Part shown: piece after piece, positions 1-54,674 of the stretch | How the letters are laid out: each line of letters opens with the position of its first letter | Position numbering within the stretch: the stretch's first letter is position 1 | NCBI RefSeq assembly: GCF_006345805.1 | Contig: NC_042998.1 | Location: 186,434,001 to 186,498,000, forward strand | Reading direction: 5' to 3' | Source of the DNA: Octopus sinensis | Lineage: Eukaryota | DNA: 64,000 nt | Position numbers and translations under genes: made by a program | The notes under the pieces: model-generated | What the model was told of the DNA's origin: nothing | The model's database searches: none | The model's input: only the letters and a program-made list of their open reading frames with translations

Positions 1-164
1 GAGTGTAAGTTAAATCAATAACTTCATCCTTAATTTATATTAAAAATTGTCATTATGATTTTTAGCTCCACTTTCTATGTTGGAAGTGCTGTCAGGGTCA
101 GATTCAGTTCCTGTTTGGAATTACTGCCTTCCTAAGCAAATCAGAGTACCATGTCTTGCTCATA

Positions 165-1420
165 CGAGGGACGTTCAATAAGTAATGCCCCTGACTCATT
201 TGCAGTTGTTTGCATGTGCAATCATTTATATCTCTATAGAGTAAGTGACAAATTACAGCTCTGAACTAATTGTGGTTTCTGATTTACAGGTGTTTGAACT
301 GAGTCAAGTGTGAAATGGAGCCTGTTGAGTGTTGAGCAGTGATCCGGTTTTTGTATTTGAAAGGACGCACACCACGGGAGACTTTTGATGAAATGAAAGT
401 AACTTATGGTGATGATGCCCCATCATATGACCTTGTAAAACGCTGGCATCGTGAATTCAAACATGGTCAGAACTCTGTGGAAACAGCTCCCAGATCTGGT
501 CGCCCCGCTTCTGCCATTGATGAGGCATCTGTCCGTCAAGTTGGGGCTGCCATTTTGGAAGATCGACGCATAATTATTTGCCAAATAGCCCATGAGGTCA
601 AGATTAGTACCGGGTCTGTGGAAACTATCATTCATGACCATTTGCATATGCAAAAGGTGTCTGCCAGATGGATTCCCAGGTTGCTCACGCCTTTCCAGAA
701 GCAAGAAAGCGTCGAGTGCTCGAGGATGAATTTGGAGATGTGCCAAGAAGATGAGTCAAAGTTTTTCAAAAGACTGATTACACAGGATGAAACCTGGGTC
801 CAAAGCCCAGTCAATGCAGTGGAAGCACGGTGACTCACCCCCTCCAAAGAAGGCAAGGGTGCAGCCTTCCGCTGGCAAGGTCATGCTCACAGTCTTCTGG
901 GACCAGGACGGAGTAGTGATGACAGATTTCCTGGCAAAAGGTACCACAATTACAGGAGCCTATTATGCTTCACTTTTGAAGAAATTAAGAGAAGTTATCA
1001 AAATCAAGAGGCGGGGCAAGATCAGCAAAGGCATCCTCCTCCTGCAGGACAACGCTCCGGTCCACAACTCGCTTGTCGCCAGATCAGAAGCACAGGCGTA
1101 TGGCTATGAACTCCTCCCCCAGCCCCCCTACTTTCCTGACCTTGCACCCTCTGATTTTCCCCTCTTCCCAGTCATGAAGTTGTTTTTGAAAGGAAAGCGT
1201 TTCCCAGATGATGCAGCCTTGATTTCTGAAGTCACCTTCAGGTTGGAGGACCAAGCTGGGGTCTTCTACAAAAACGGTCTCCAGAGCTGCATCAAACGAT
1301 GGGAGAAATGCGTAACTCTGGGTGGTTCCTATGTAGAAAAAGACTAATAACTGTGCCAAGTTTCGTTGCTCTACTGCTATGGGAAGTAGGTCAGGGGCAT
1401 TACTTATTGAACGCCCCTCG
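165..1420 (+). mobile_element. Full-length mariner transposon (irritans/Hsmar2-like, DD34D), inactivated
   Basis: 31-bp TIRs (165-195 and 1390-1420, 1 mismatch) flanked by TA. Transposase runs from ATG 315 with an in-frame TGA at 333 (likely CGA>TGA), WIPRLL, DETW, a frameshifting deletion near 800, then DNA...34 aa...D (YFPDLAPSD); stop at 1347. Confidence 0.95.
315..1347 (+). pseudogene. Mariner transposase pseudogene
   Basis: Split across ORFs 339-833 and 787-1347; one nonsense change and one frameshift. Confidence 0.93.
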
Positions 1421-1673
1421 TACAATATCAATTTTGGCCTTGTTTTCTATAGCTGGAATCTCTTCTTCTCAACAACATTAGATAATGTAATGAGTGCCTT
1501 TTATCATGGTATCAGAGGGTGTCTTGACAAAACTTAAGTTCTCTTGGTCCTATATTGTCTTTGTTCATTTGTCAGCCACTTTACAACATACTAAGTGCGT
1601 TTTATCAAACTTCAGCACTAGTGAAGTTGTCATATCTATAAAGAATCCTTCATATCATAAATACACATTAAAC

Positions 1674-2066
1674 TTCTTCTTAAGCACTCCGTCGGTTACG
1701 ACGATGAGGGTTCCGGTTGATCCAAATCAACGGAACAACCTGCTCGTGAAATTAACGTGTAAGTGGCTGAGCACTCCACAGACACGTGCACCCTTAACGT
1801 AGTTCTCGGGGATATTTAGCGTGACACAGAGAGTGACAAGGCCGGCCCCTTGAAATACAGGTACAACAGAAACAGGAAGTAAGAGTGAGAGAAAGTTGTG
1901 GTGAAAGAGTACAGCAGGGATCACCACCATCCCCCGCCGGAGCCTCGTGGAGCTTTTAGGTGTTTTCGCTCAATAAACACTCACAACGCCCGGTCTGGGA
2001 ATCGAAACCGCGATCCTATGACCGCGAGTCTGCTGCCCTAACCACTGGGCCATTGCGCCTCCACTC
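1674..2066 (-). mobile_element. tRNA-derived SINE family A
   Basis: Minus-strand head has A-box (TGGCCCAGTGG) and B-box-like (GTTTCGATTCCC) motifs; 11-bp TSD ACACATTAAAC (1663-73, 2067-77). Confidence 0.85.
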
Positions 2067-2194
2067 ACACATTAAACAACCACATTATGTAAACTCACAC
2101 ATGAGCATGGCCATGTGGCTAAGAAGCTTGTTTCCAAACCATGCGGTCTTGGGTTCAGTCCCACTGCATGTCACCTTGAGCACATCATCTACTA

Positions 2195-2415
2195 TATATT
2201 TCTTTATTGCCTACAAGAGGTTAATTACAGAGAGGACAAACAAAGGGATTAAGTCGATTACATCAACCCCAGTGCGTAACTGGTACTTATTTAATCGATC
2301 CTGAAAGGATGAAAGGCAAAGTCGATCTCGGTGGAATTTGAACTCAGAACGTAACAGCAGACAAAATACCGCTGAGCATTTTGCCTGGCATGCTAACGAT
2401 TCTGCTAGCTCGCCA
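2195..2415 (-). mobile_element. SINE family C (central block resembles the Sauria/MetaSINE domain)
   Basis: Minus strand GTCGACTTTGCCTTTCATCCTTTC...GTACCAG block; related copies at 29857 and 34675, fragments near 14930 and 34300. Domain assignment is from memory. Confidence 0.75.
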
Positions 2416-2474
2416 CATCATCTACTATAAGCCACAAGTGGATTTGATAAACAGAAACTGAGAGAAGCCTATCT

Positions 2475-4115
2475 CATCATCATTATTTAATGTCTGCTTT
2501 CCATGCCAGCATGGGTTGGACGGTTTGACAGGAGTTGACCAGCTGAAGGGCTGTTTAGGCTTTATGTCTGTTTTGATACAGTTTTTATGGCTGGACGCCC
2601 TTCCTAATGCCAACCATTTTACAGAGTATACTGGATGCTTTTTACATGGCACCAGTGCTTATGAGCCCATGAGATTAGGAATGCTCTGATGAGCCTGTAT
2701 GCAAGGACAACCATGCTTTTACTTAGCTTGACATGTCTTTTCAAGCACAGCAAACTGCCAGGAGTCTTGGTCTCCTGTCATCCTCTCTGTGAGTCCCAAT
2801 GTTTGTAGATCCTTTCTCACCATTTCGTCCAATGTCTTCCTGGATCTACCCCTTCCACATGTTCCCTATACAATTAGAGATCAGCACCCCTTGATGCAAC
2901 TGTCCCCATTCATACATGTTGCATGGCCACACCAGCGCAGTATTCTCTCTTGCATGCTACATCTGACGCTAAGTATACCCAGTTTTTCTTTCAAATCACT
3001 CACACTCTGTCATATGTGACATTCACCATCCAGTGGAGCACACTGGCTTCATTTCTTTCAAATCTTCACATATTCTCAGTAGCCACAACCCATGTATCAC
3101 TGCCATGTAGCATAGCTGTTCATAGACAGGCATCATACACTCTGCCTTTCACTCTGAGGGAGAGGCCTTTCATTACTAACAGAGGTAGTGGCTCTCTGAA
3201 CTTCACTCAGCCTATTATTGAATAAGAATAGGCCTGGCAAAGTTCAGAGAGCTACTACCTCTGTTAGTAATGAAAGGCCTCTCCCTCAGAAGAATAGGCT
3301 GAGTGAAGTTCAGAGAGCTACTACTTCTGTTAGTAATGAAAGGCCTCTCCCTCAGAAGAATAGGCTGAGTGAAGTTCAGAGAGCTACTACCTCTGTTAGT
3401 AATGAAAGGCCTCTCCCTCAGAAGAATAGGCTGAGTGAAGTTCAGAGAGCTACTACTTCTGTTAGTAATGAAAGGCCTCTCCCTCAGAAGAATAGGCTGA
3501 GTGAAGTTCAGAGAGCTACTACCTCTGTTAGTAATGAAAGGCCTCTCCCTCAGAAGAATAGGCTGAGTGAAGTTCAGAGAGCTACTACTTCTGTTAGTAA
3601 TGAAAGGCCTCTCCCTCAGAAGAATAGGCTGAGTGAAGTTCAGAGAGCTACTACCTCTGTTAGTAATGAAAGGCCTCTCCCTCAGAAGAATAGGCTGAGT
3701 GAAGTTCAGAGAGCTACTACCTCTGTTAGTAATGAAAGGCCTCTCCCTCAGAAGAATAGGCTGAGTGAAGTTCAGAGAGCTACTACTTCTGTTAGTAATG
3801 AAAGGCCTCTCCCTCAGAGTGAAAGGCTATGCTTTTGGAACAACCACCCCTACTACTAACTTGATCACCTAAGTAATGGAAATTGTTTACTACTTCTAGG
3901 GATCTCCCCTGGCATATAAGGGAGTCTATTTTTTGTACATTCTTGGTGTTTAATGGGCCTGTACTTCTGCCACATGTAAAGACTACTTTCTCTATTAGTC
4001 GTCCAGTGGCACTACTGCACCTCATATATATATATATGGTGGCTGCCCCCTTGTTATCGAGTATGGCCATTGCACGAAGCTTATTCAATGTTGTTATCAT
4101 GCAATGTCTGTGCAA
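2475..4115 (-). mobile_element. 5'-truncated RTE-clade LINE with (GAT)n tail and internal inversion/array
   Basis: Minus-strand peptide FHYLGDQVSSRGGCSKS...GLSLRVKGRVYDA, then a 3' UTR with GGAAGGGCGTCCAGC and a (GAT)n tail. Confidence 0.82.
3224..3817 (+). repeat. 66-bp tandem array, 9 units, RTE-derived
   Basis: Period 66 nt (22-aa repeat in ORF 3218-3859). Confidence 0.95.
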
Positions 4116-4372
4116 GAAGATTTTTTTTAAAGTGAGGAAAGGCTGTGCACTGAGTCAATCCCACTCACTAAGCAACAGCAGCCATACTCCGAAAAGAAGA
4201 ACAAGTCAACATCATCGGTAACCACTGAGCCGCAGGTTTTATGTTGGAGTTATCCCAGTTTCCTGAGTTACCTTCTCCTAGAAGGATGCCCAAACAAAGG
4301 CTAGGAGTCCTTCACTCCCAATGGTTTAACCACGCGATCGGGTATTCAGTCCGCATGATACAACCTTAAGAC

Positions 4373-4411
<39 letters not shown>

Positions 4412-7262
4412 TACATACATACACATGTATTCACACACACACACACATCTTTGTTTCTGTATGCCACACTTGACAACCAGTGCTGGTTTGTTTAGGTCCC
4501 TGTAACTTAGAAGTTCAGCAAAAGAGAATGATATGTACCAAGATTTAAAAAAACAAGACAGTGCTCCAGCATGGCCCGTCCAATGAATGAAACAAGTAAA
4601 AGCTAAAAAAATATGTCAGGGGTGTAACATTAGAACCTCTTGACACCAAAAACCATTTAAACAAAACTGTCTGCATCAGTATCAAAAATAAAAGTACAAG
4701 AGGTTTTGTAGTTATTGAATTTGGGTTTTATCTTGTCATTAGTTCAGTTCGTTAGTCAACGCCCGCACAATACTGGAAAGATTGAAAATTAAACATAATC
4801 AATCTACCTGATAAACATAACAAAAATTAATCACCAACAGCCATTTCATCATCAAGCCAGGAGATTACATCCAGGACAAGATACTGAACTCTAATCACCG
4901 TTTATGACTCATTAAGTAAGTTCCTATTAAGGGTAATTAAGAACTCAATTCCATATCTCAGCCATGAATTTTCACCACTTATGGAAAACATTTGTTAAGC
5001 AGTTGACAGTTTCCACTTAATTGTTGAGTAACTGTTTTGTTGTTTTGTTGAGTTTGGTCATTTTCCACCTTGCTTCTGAAAAAAGCCTCAGAAGTCGGAA
5101 CCATTGTCAACAAGATGTACGCACATACTCTCCCCCTGCTCACCAACAAACTTCACATTATACACTTTGATCAATTCTTCCAGCTCATAACAGTCTTTCT
5201 TGGACTCCATCAATGATCATGCTTTTGTGGTACATGTCAGCTGACAGTTCAAACAGAAACATTAACTCTATTGATTATATTGATCTGTAGAAGCCAACAA
5301 AAGATTATTGGTTCTCCTCCACCTAACTAAATTTTTAAAAGAGAGAGATATAAAGTTAATCTCATCAAATGCTGTTGTCATGTCCAAGATCAACTCTATG
5401 AAATGAGCAGAGTTTTCAACACAACCAGCGAGCTACTCTACACATATGGTATACTAAAGCTCTATAATTAAAAATTCACCTCAAACTCCAAATGTGTTTT
5501 TTTCTGAGAGCACACAGATGGGCAATTTGCATGAACCATCAGAAGACTGGTCCTTTATCTAAAATGTCTGACAATCAATATCATTATTAACCATTTAGAG
5601 ATAAAACATAGTGCTTTCTACACTATAGAAGTTGAGGACATATTTACATATTAGCAAATAAAGGTGTTATTTAGAACTCTAAATATCTAATTCTCAATAA
5701 ACAAAATATATACAGGTGTGCGTGTTTGTATGTTGCATGTGTTTACACACACACACACACACACACACACCAGAAACTAACATGTCATCTTTCTAGTATA
5801 AAAATTATGGACTGATAGATCAGCCCAATTGATTTATATGGGCTAAAGGATCTTTTCTGTTTGGCTGCACCTATGGAAATTTTAAAGTTTAGTGAATGTT
5901 TAAAATTTGGTGTATTTATGTAATTTTCCATGCAGATTCTCAGGAGGTAATTCACTTTTCCTAGAAAACCTTTTTTTAAAAGCTATAGAGGTTTAAAGTT
6001 TGATAAGTTTTACCCATTCAGAAAACAGGATTTGGAGGCTGTCATTTTGTGCATGATTGCATGGTTGTCAACCGTAAACGAATAAAATATGGACAGAATT
6101 CTGCTTTATGCACACCATATAACCCCCAAATAACTTATTTTTAGGAATTTTCAGAAAATGTTTGCAAATTTGTATTCTACACACAAGAATTCATACAATT
6201 ATGCAAAAAAAAAGTGCATGATTTAAGGCCTATTTAGCACACCTCACAATCACCTTGCATCTCATTTTAAGCATTTAAAAAGCGAAAAATGACCACATGG
6301 CAAGACAGGACAGTAACAGATGGGTAAGCAGCTTGGCTTGTTACTATGGAAACAGGCACCTATATGTGTGTTGCTTTTGATTGGCTAAAATTACCCAAAA
6401 TTTGCAAACTTTAAAAGCTACTGTTTATTGATTTATGGTGAAAATGAATTTCATGTCAATGATTACCATACAAAACTACACCAATACACCAAATAGGAAA
6501 TAAATTGAAACAAAAATTTAAGAAATTGAAAAGTGGCAACCAAAGAGAAAAGATCTAGGTTAAGGTAGAACCTTTCTTTCACCTGTAATTTACATTTTCT
6601 TTATCAAAGAGGTTGTTTTCATCAAAGTATTTCTGTCCTTAGCTGCAGTATTTATAATTCTAAGTGAGATTAATAATTTCAAAAGCAACTGATACTTCAA
6701 CATAAGACTAGATTTCAAAGGGAGATTAGTACAAAAATGGTTTAGTTATTAGAAAATATAAAATTAAAACATCATTTGTATAGTCAACAATGTGAACTTG
6801 CCTGGTTAATTATAGGCTGCCATCAACCAAATATTAAGACAAAAAATTCTCATCATAGAGTTGTAACATCTTCCAATTTTTTCAGGGGCACCTAATGCTC
6901 CTTTTTTGATCTCAGTATGTGACTTTTCTAACAGCTGCAAGATTGTTTGCCACTTCTGTATGAATGTTTTGCAGTTCCACTTTTATTGTGAATTTCATGA
7001 ATGAGAAGCATTTCTCCATAGAATTATTCACAAGTGGCAGACAATTCAAAAAATAATTGCAAATATCTTGAATGGAAACTTGGATTCCTTGGTGAACAAA
7101 TGCAATACCAAACATGCCAATATATTCCCAGCCTCAAAAATGTTCATCTAATTAGAGAAGGAGGTTTCCAAACTGTTTTATGGACATAATTATGAAATGT
7201 TTTCAAGACCAGTCCCAATGGACATTAGGACTTTTGTTAGTGGTATGAAGGGCAAAGATACA

Positions 7263-7650
7263 TCTTTATATATAAAAGTGAAGTTGTGTGAGTGTCTGTC
7301 TCCTACGATTTAGATTCCTAACTACTCCCACATTTTGCGATGCAGTTTAACCAAAACCAGGTATCTTATAGTCGTGATTCATATCGAGTCCTTCTGGGTA
7401 TTAGCGCACGTCTACGATGAGTCTACGATTTTAAAAATAATTTACCATCATTTTTTTTCCATTTTAATGTATATTTTTTTTAAATAAAGGGAAGTAACTC
7501 TCTAAAAATGTCTACGATGAGTCAACGATTTAAAAAAAATTTACCATAATTTTTTTTCCATTTTTAATGCATTTTTTGGCTATAACTCTCTAAAAATGCT
7601 TTATAGTTATTTCCCTTACAAACCCGAGCAACGCCGGGCGATACTGCTAG
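7263..7650 (+). mobile_element. Non-autonomous Helitron
   Basis: 5' TC after A, 3' CTAG before T, subterminal hairpin CCCGAGCAACGCCGGG (7623-38), no TSD. Confidence 0.85.
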
Positions 7651-8065
7651 TTATCTACAAAAATTATTACTTTTAATTGCAGCTATCAAATACCAACTGA
7701 CATATCTGTGTTTAGCAAATATCACATCATGTTGATCTGGATCTTCAGCTGTAGAACTTCTTTCTTTCTTAATATCAGTATGTCATCAAAAAACATGTTC
7801 ATAAAAAAATTTTTTTTTTTTTTCCCCATTCCAGAATCTTTGAGTCTTCATTAAAATGCTTTGCAAGGTCTATAAATTTCAGCTTTTATTGGTTCTGAGG
7901 CATTCTGTTACAGTAATATAACTCATTGATTGTAAAAAGAAAAACAAATCTGGAAGACATCATTTAATTCACTCCAAAACTTTCACAAATCCTATACACA
8001 GGCTTCTTATTGTATTTTCTTCTTGCTCAGTAACTTTACACTGACATTTCTTTCTCAAATTGATA

Positions 8066-8454
8066 TAGGAGCACTCCGTCGGTTGCGACGATGAGGGTCC
8101 CAGCTGATACGATCAACGGAACAGCTTGCTCGTGATATTAACGTGCAAGTGGCTGAGCACTCCACAGACACGTGTACCCTTAACGTAGTTCTCGAGGAGA
8201 TTCAGCGTGACACACAGAATGTGACAAGGCTGGCCCTTTGAAATACAGGTACAAGAGAAACAGGAAGAAAGAGCGAGAGAAAGTTGTGGCGAAAGAGTAC
8301 AGCAGGGTTCACCACCACCACCCCCTGCTGGAGTCTCGTGGAGCTTTAGGTGTTTTCGCTCAATAAACACTCACAATGCCTGGTCTGGGAATCGAAACCG
8401 CAATCCTCCGACCATGAGTCCGCTGCCCTAACCACTGGGCCATTGTGCCTCCAC
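8066..8454 (-). mobile_element. SINE family A copy
   Basis: Homologous to 1674-2066; 14-bp TSD TTCTCAAATTGATA (8052-65, 8455-68). Confidence 0.9.
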
Positions 8455-9998
8455 TTCTCAAATTGATAACCAAGTTAAGGCTTCAAATCTAAATAATCCA
8501 GCATTGAATTATCATTTAAGGTTTTTCCTGGCATTATAATTATTGAACTGTGTGACTCATTCAGATACTGAAAATCATTCAATACTTTAATAGGGTCTTG
8601 TGTTTATGCTTCAAATCGTTTTTTCTTTTGCTTCAACTATGAGCATGAGAAACAATCTGCTCTTAACAGGGTAGGAAAACAGTTTTCTTGCTACAAAATT
8701 TTTCTGCTTGAATTTTGAGCCGAATATTCTGAAATAAATTCTGATTTCACTTTCAGGGAAAAGCACTATCTTTAGCACTGAGTTATAATAAAAAATAAAT
8801 AAATAAAAAAAAACCCACAAAATTACATGGGTGCAAAACTAAATTGACTGCTATTTCTAGCATATCAAGCAACTATGTAGAGGTGCCTCTAATACCAATG
8901 GAAGCGTTTTTTAGACTATCAACAATTTTTGTTTTACATAGTTTAATCAATATTTATTATCAAATCCTTAAAAATGTTTTAGCCCGAAGGCCGCGGCCAT
9001 GCTGGGGCACCACCGCTGATGTTATTAAATTCATCTATTTCTAGAGTATCATTTCACTCTTAGTCAAATCACATGGCAACAGATGATGAATAGAAATACC
9101 AAATCGTTTAATATTTTACAAAAAAGAATAAAAGATATAAAAAAAGTTAATAGTCTAAAAGATTTTTCTCCATCAGTACTTATTAGGTTATCTTGTATTT
9201 CTAAGTACACTTTTCTCACTGAGCTTAATTCATAAAATTTCTTAAACATGACTGAAACAACTCCAATTCCCACAGTTTTACAAATTAAGTTGCACTTATG
9301 CTTAGCCCCCCTTTAAGAAGGACTAAAGTACACATGCATATACAGTAATGTGGTTAAGATTTTATGCAATGCAATCATATGGTCTCCAGTTCCACCCCAC
9401 TACTTGGCAGTTTTGGCAAGTGTTTCTACTACAGCCTTCAACTGACCAATGCATTAAGACTGAAATTTGAGAGAGAAAACGAATGGCAGCTACTGTGTAC
9501 ATACATGCGAGTGTGTGTGTGTGTGTGTGTGTGGTGGGGTAGTTCTTTCTGTGTATCTTTAAATTGATACCTCTTTGGTAGTAGTGATATTATGTCTCAT
9601 AAACAAAATTCCAGCAACTTAGCATGGAATAAAGACCCATACTTGTTAAAAGATAAGGGTTGGCATCAGGAAGGGGATTTGGCTGCAAAATACTGCATCA
9701 GCAAGTCTTGTCTAACCCATACCTGCTTGGAAAAAGTGAATGTAAAAATGATGAAAAGTTTTCTGCAAACTGAAAACTTTTAACAAGTACTGTGAGAACA
9801 TATTTTCCAACTGAATGTTTTTACTGATGTCCACTCAACAGTCAAATCACATTTGGTTCAGAGTATTTATATATATATATATAATAATAATAATATGAGG
9901 GAATATTATTCCAAACTTACAGGGAAAAATTCAATTTAGAAATACTAAATCAAATTTCACAAAATATAATATATATATAATTTTTTTAAAAACCCACC

Positions 9999-10222
9999 TT
10001 TTATCAATTTAATAATGAAAAATTAAATTATACTATCTAGAAAATTACATATTATAGACAGATTAAATATAAGATAAAACATTCTACCAAATATATACGT
10101 TTTATTTATTATTTTGCATATTACTTAATCATCGTTATATGTTTTATCTTATGTTTAATCTGTCTATAATATGTAATTTTCTAGATGGTATAATTTAATT
10201 TTTCATTATTGAATTGATAAAA
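9999..10222. repeat. AT-rich foldback, 84-bp arms and 56-nt loop
   Basis: 9999-10082 vs 10139-10222, 3 mismatches. Confidence 0.9.
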
Positions 10223-10784
10223 AGTGTTTTTTTTTCTAAATTATATATATATATATAAAAGAAAAAAAAAAACCCACCAATCCATTTCTCAACTGCCAAT
10301 AAACATGTCTAACAATCCACTGCTAGTAACAAACCATGAAGTTCTGATCTCAATCATGGTATTTTTACATGCAAACCACAGTGCTATTAAAACTTAATAT
10401 ATGTTAAGAGATCTGCAGACAGTTAAGTACATTGGGTACTTACTTTACCAGCTTAAGTATCTAGGATTACATTGTACGTTTAAAAGGCGTAAATAATATG
10501 GAGAGTTAGTACAGTACAACACTGCACACACAAGATTCTGAATAATTGAAGAGTATTTTGTAAGCTTCATGCAATTATGCTTCGAGTTGAAGCTAACTGC
10601 ACTAGAATGGTATCCTTTCATGGTAGGAAGATATCATTTGCTTAATACCATAGAAATTTTGATAAGCTTCATTGCAACTTTAGTAATGGATGACAAAAAA
10701 AAAAAAATTTTTTTTTTAAATTGATAAATTGATTAGCAATCCAAATATTCAGTAATTGTAAATAATTGAGAGAAAAGTGTTATA

Positions 10785-11200
10785 TACAGGAGTGGCTGTG
10801 TGATAAGTAGCTTGTTTACCAACCACGTTTCCGGGTTCAGTCTCACTGCGTGGCACCTTGGGCAAATGTCTTCTACTATAGCCTCGGGCCGACCAAAGCC
10901 TTGTGAGTGGATTTGGTAGACGGAAACTGAAAGAAGCCCGTCGTATATATGTATATATATATATATATATATACACGTGTGTGTGTTTGTGTGTCTGTGT
11001 TTGTCCCCCTAGCATTGCTTGACAACCGATGCTGGTGTGTTTATGTCCCCGTTACTTAGTGGTTTGGCAAAAGGGACCGATAGAATAAGTACTGGGCTTA
11101 CAAAAGAATAAGTCCCAGGGTCGAGTTGCTCGATTAAAGGTGGTGCTCCAGCATGGCCGCAGTCAAATGAGAGAAACAAGTAAAAGAGAAAAGAAAGAGA
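10785..11200 (+). mobile_element. tRNA-derived SINE family B (head, CORE-like block, internal microsatellite, tail)
   Basis: Near-identical copies at 12479, 18474 and 26811; GGTTC B-box; (TA)n(TG)n centre; GTAAAAGA tail. Confidence 0.88.
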
Positions 11201-12253
11201 TACAATTGGTATTTAAAAGTGAATGAAAATTACAAATACAAGTTCCAGTGTTTATTCATAGAAAGCTTTCACAAGGAGTACAAATATACTTTCAGTTCAA
11301 TAATCTTGTTAGCTAGGAATGACAGAACGGGTCTCACCTGGATAGCAAGCCCAATGAGAAGGTATCATCAAAGAAACAGCTTAACCAAATTATCATTCAG
11401 AGGATCCAGTCACCGAATGGAGATTTTTGTCTGGATTATCTTTCCATTTTTTTGAAATGGGATAGAAAAATATTTTCTTTTTCTTCCCTCCAACAAGCAT
11501 AGAAGGAAAAGCCACAAAGGGTTCGATAGTCCCCTCCTTCAAGCATAATTTTATTTAAATGATGCAAAAAAAAAAAAAAAAAAAAACCTGTGTGCGTATG
11601 ATTTTATATATATATATATATAAGTATATACATTTATATATATATATATAACATATATATGTATACACACATACACAACACACAAATATATAAAAATTAA
11701 AAGGGGGAGGGAAAGAAAACATGGGAAGAAAAATATTGTCTCCCTTTGTTCAATGTATTTACAGTTTCTGGCTCCAGAGGGCCACAGTAGAAAACAAAAG
11801 TAGCAACTAACCTAAGAGAAAATGTTAAGGGCTCAAAGTTAAAAGATAATTAAATCGAGAACTATAAAAGGCGATATTCTTTACCAGCACCATGCAGGGA
11901 ACAGGGCTGCTTGCAATATCACAAAGCTGAAGGAGGGGGGAAATTGGGGCAAAAAAGGAATACCTAAAATAATAATAATAAAAAAATAGAAAATTGTAAT
12001 TATTGATAAATGTTTTACAAAAGCAGGAACGGGATGGTTGGGCAAATGTTTTCATTTTATTTATTTATTTATTTATTTATATTATATCTATGGAAAACAA
12101 ATTTTTTCCATTTATTGCTGGTTGTACAGATCGGGTGAAGGTTGTCATCAGGAAATTAAAGACTGCAAGCTAAAGTTGGATAGACTATTCAGCCCTGTCC
12201 CAAAGTAGCCAGCACATTGGCCAAATTTATCAACAAACAGTATTCAAAGTAAA

Positions 12254-53766
<41,513 letters not shown>

Positions 53767-54318
53767 TTAAATACTTTAAGTTACAAACCAAACAAGGTTT
53801 TAGTAGTCAAACTGAAGAAAAATAAGATGAAATATATAATAGGTTTCCATTATAAATTTTAAAAGAAAGGAAGGTAAGCTAAATGAGCTAAATTTATTAT
53901 TTTTATATGAAAAATATGAACTTAATTAAAAAAAATTTCTAGCACTATAGAAGGAAAAGATATTTTTGTATATCAAACAATGAAAAATATTTATCAGCCA
54001 TCACAAGAAGAGGTAAGAAAAAGACTGGGTTCACATTTTTATCATAGTACAGTAACTTCTAAATAGGTAGGAACAACAAATTGGCAATGACTGATGTAAT
54101 GTTTGAAGGATGAGGGAGATTCTGTTGCTTTTCAAATAAGATTTGCTTGGATCAGTGATAAATTTTATAGTTACACCTGCTGTGTATGTATATATATATA
54201 TATTATATATATATATATAAATATAAATAATATATATATATATATATTATATATATATATATATTATATATATATATATAATATATATATATATATAAAA
54301 ATATATATATATATATAA

Positions 54319-54543
54319 GGCGTTTCCATGGCTGAGGAGAGGAGAGCACAGCTGTGGTTGGACAGGCGGGACAGGAGGAGGACAACTGCAGCAACACCCC
54401 ACACGTACCCATCGATGTTCGTGTGCAGCAACTGTACCAAGGACTGCCACTCTAGAATTGGACTGTTCAGTCACAGCAGACGCTGCACATCATCAAAGTA
54501 GGCCCCACCCTTGGCGCAACCAAGACAGACGGGGAAAGAAGAA
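54319..54543 (+). mobile_element. Third RTE family 3' end with intact C-terminal CCHC-type zinc finger
   Basis: Open frame 54319-54501 ...FVCSNCTKDCHSRIGLFSHSRRC*; AAGAAGAA tail; embedded in (TA)n. Confidence 0.78.
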
Positions 54544-54674
54544 TATATATATATATTGTTATATTTCGGAATGGTCATATTGCCAGTTTAGCCAATAAAA
54601 ACACACGCACTATATATTTGGTGTTATTTTGCTTCAGTGATATTTATTTTTTACATTAATCTTAATCTTATTTC

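Noticed and set aside
2686-2692. CTGATGA hammerhead core
   Set aside because: No helix II or GAAA follows; it lies in an RTE 3' UTR.
3218-3859. 213-aa repeat-protein ORF
   Set aside because: It is an out-of-frame reading of an RTE-derived 66-bp array, with no gene context.
10785-10870. tRNA gene candidates (SINE heads, also near 2000, 8400 and 52420)
   Set aside because: A/B boxes are present but no full cloverleaf; each is fused to a SINE body.
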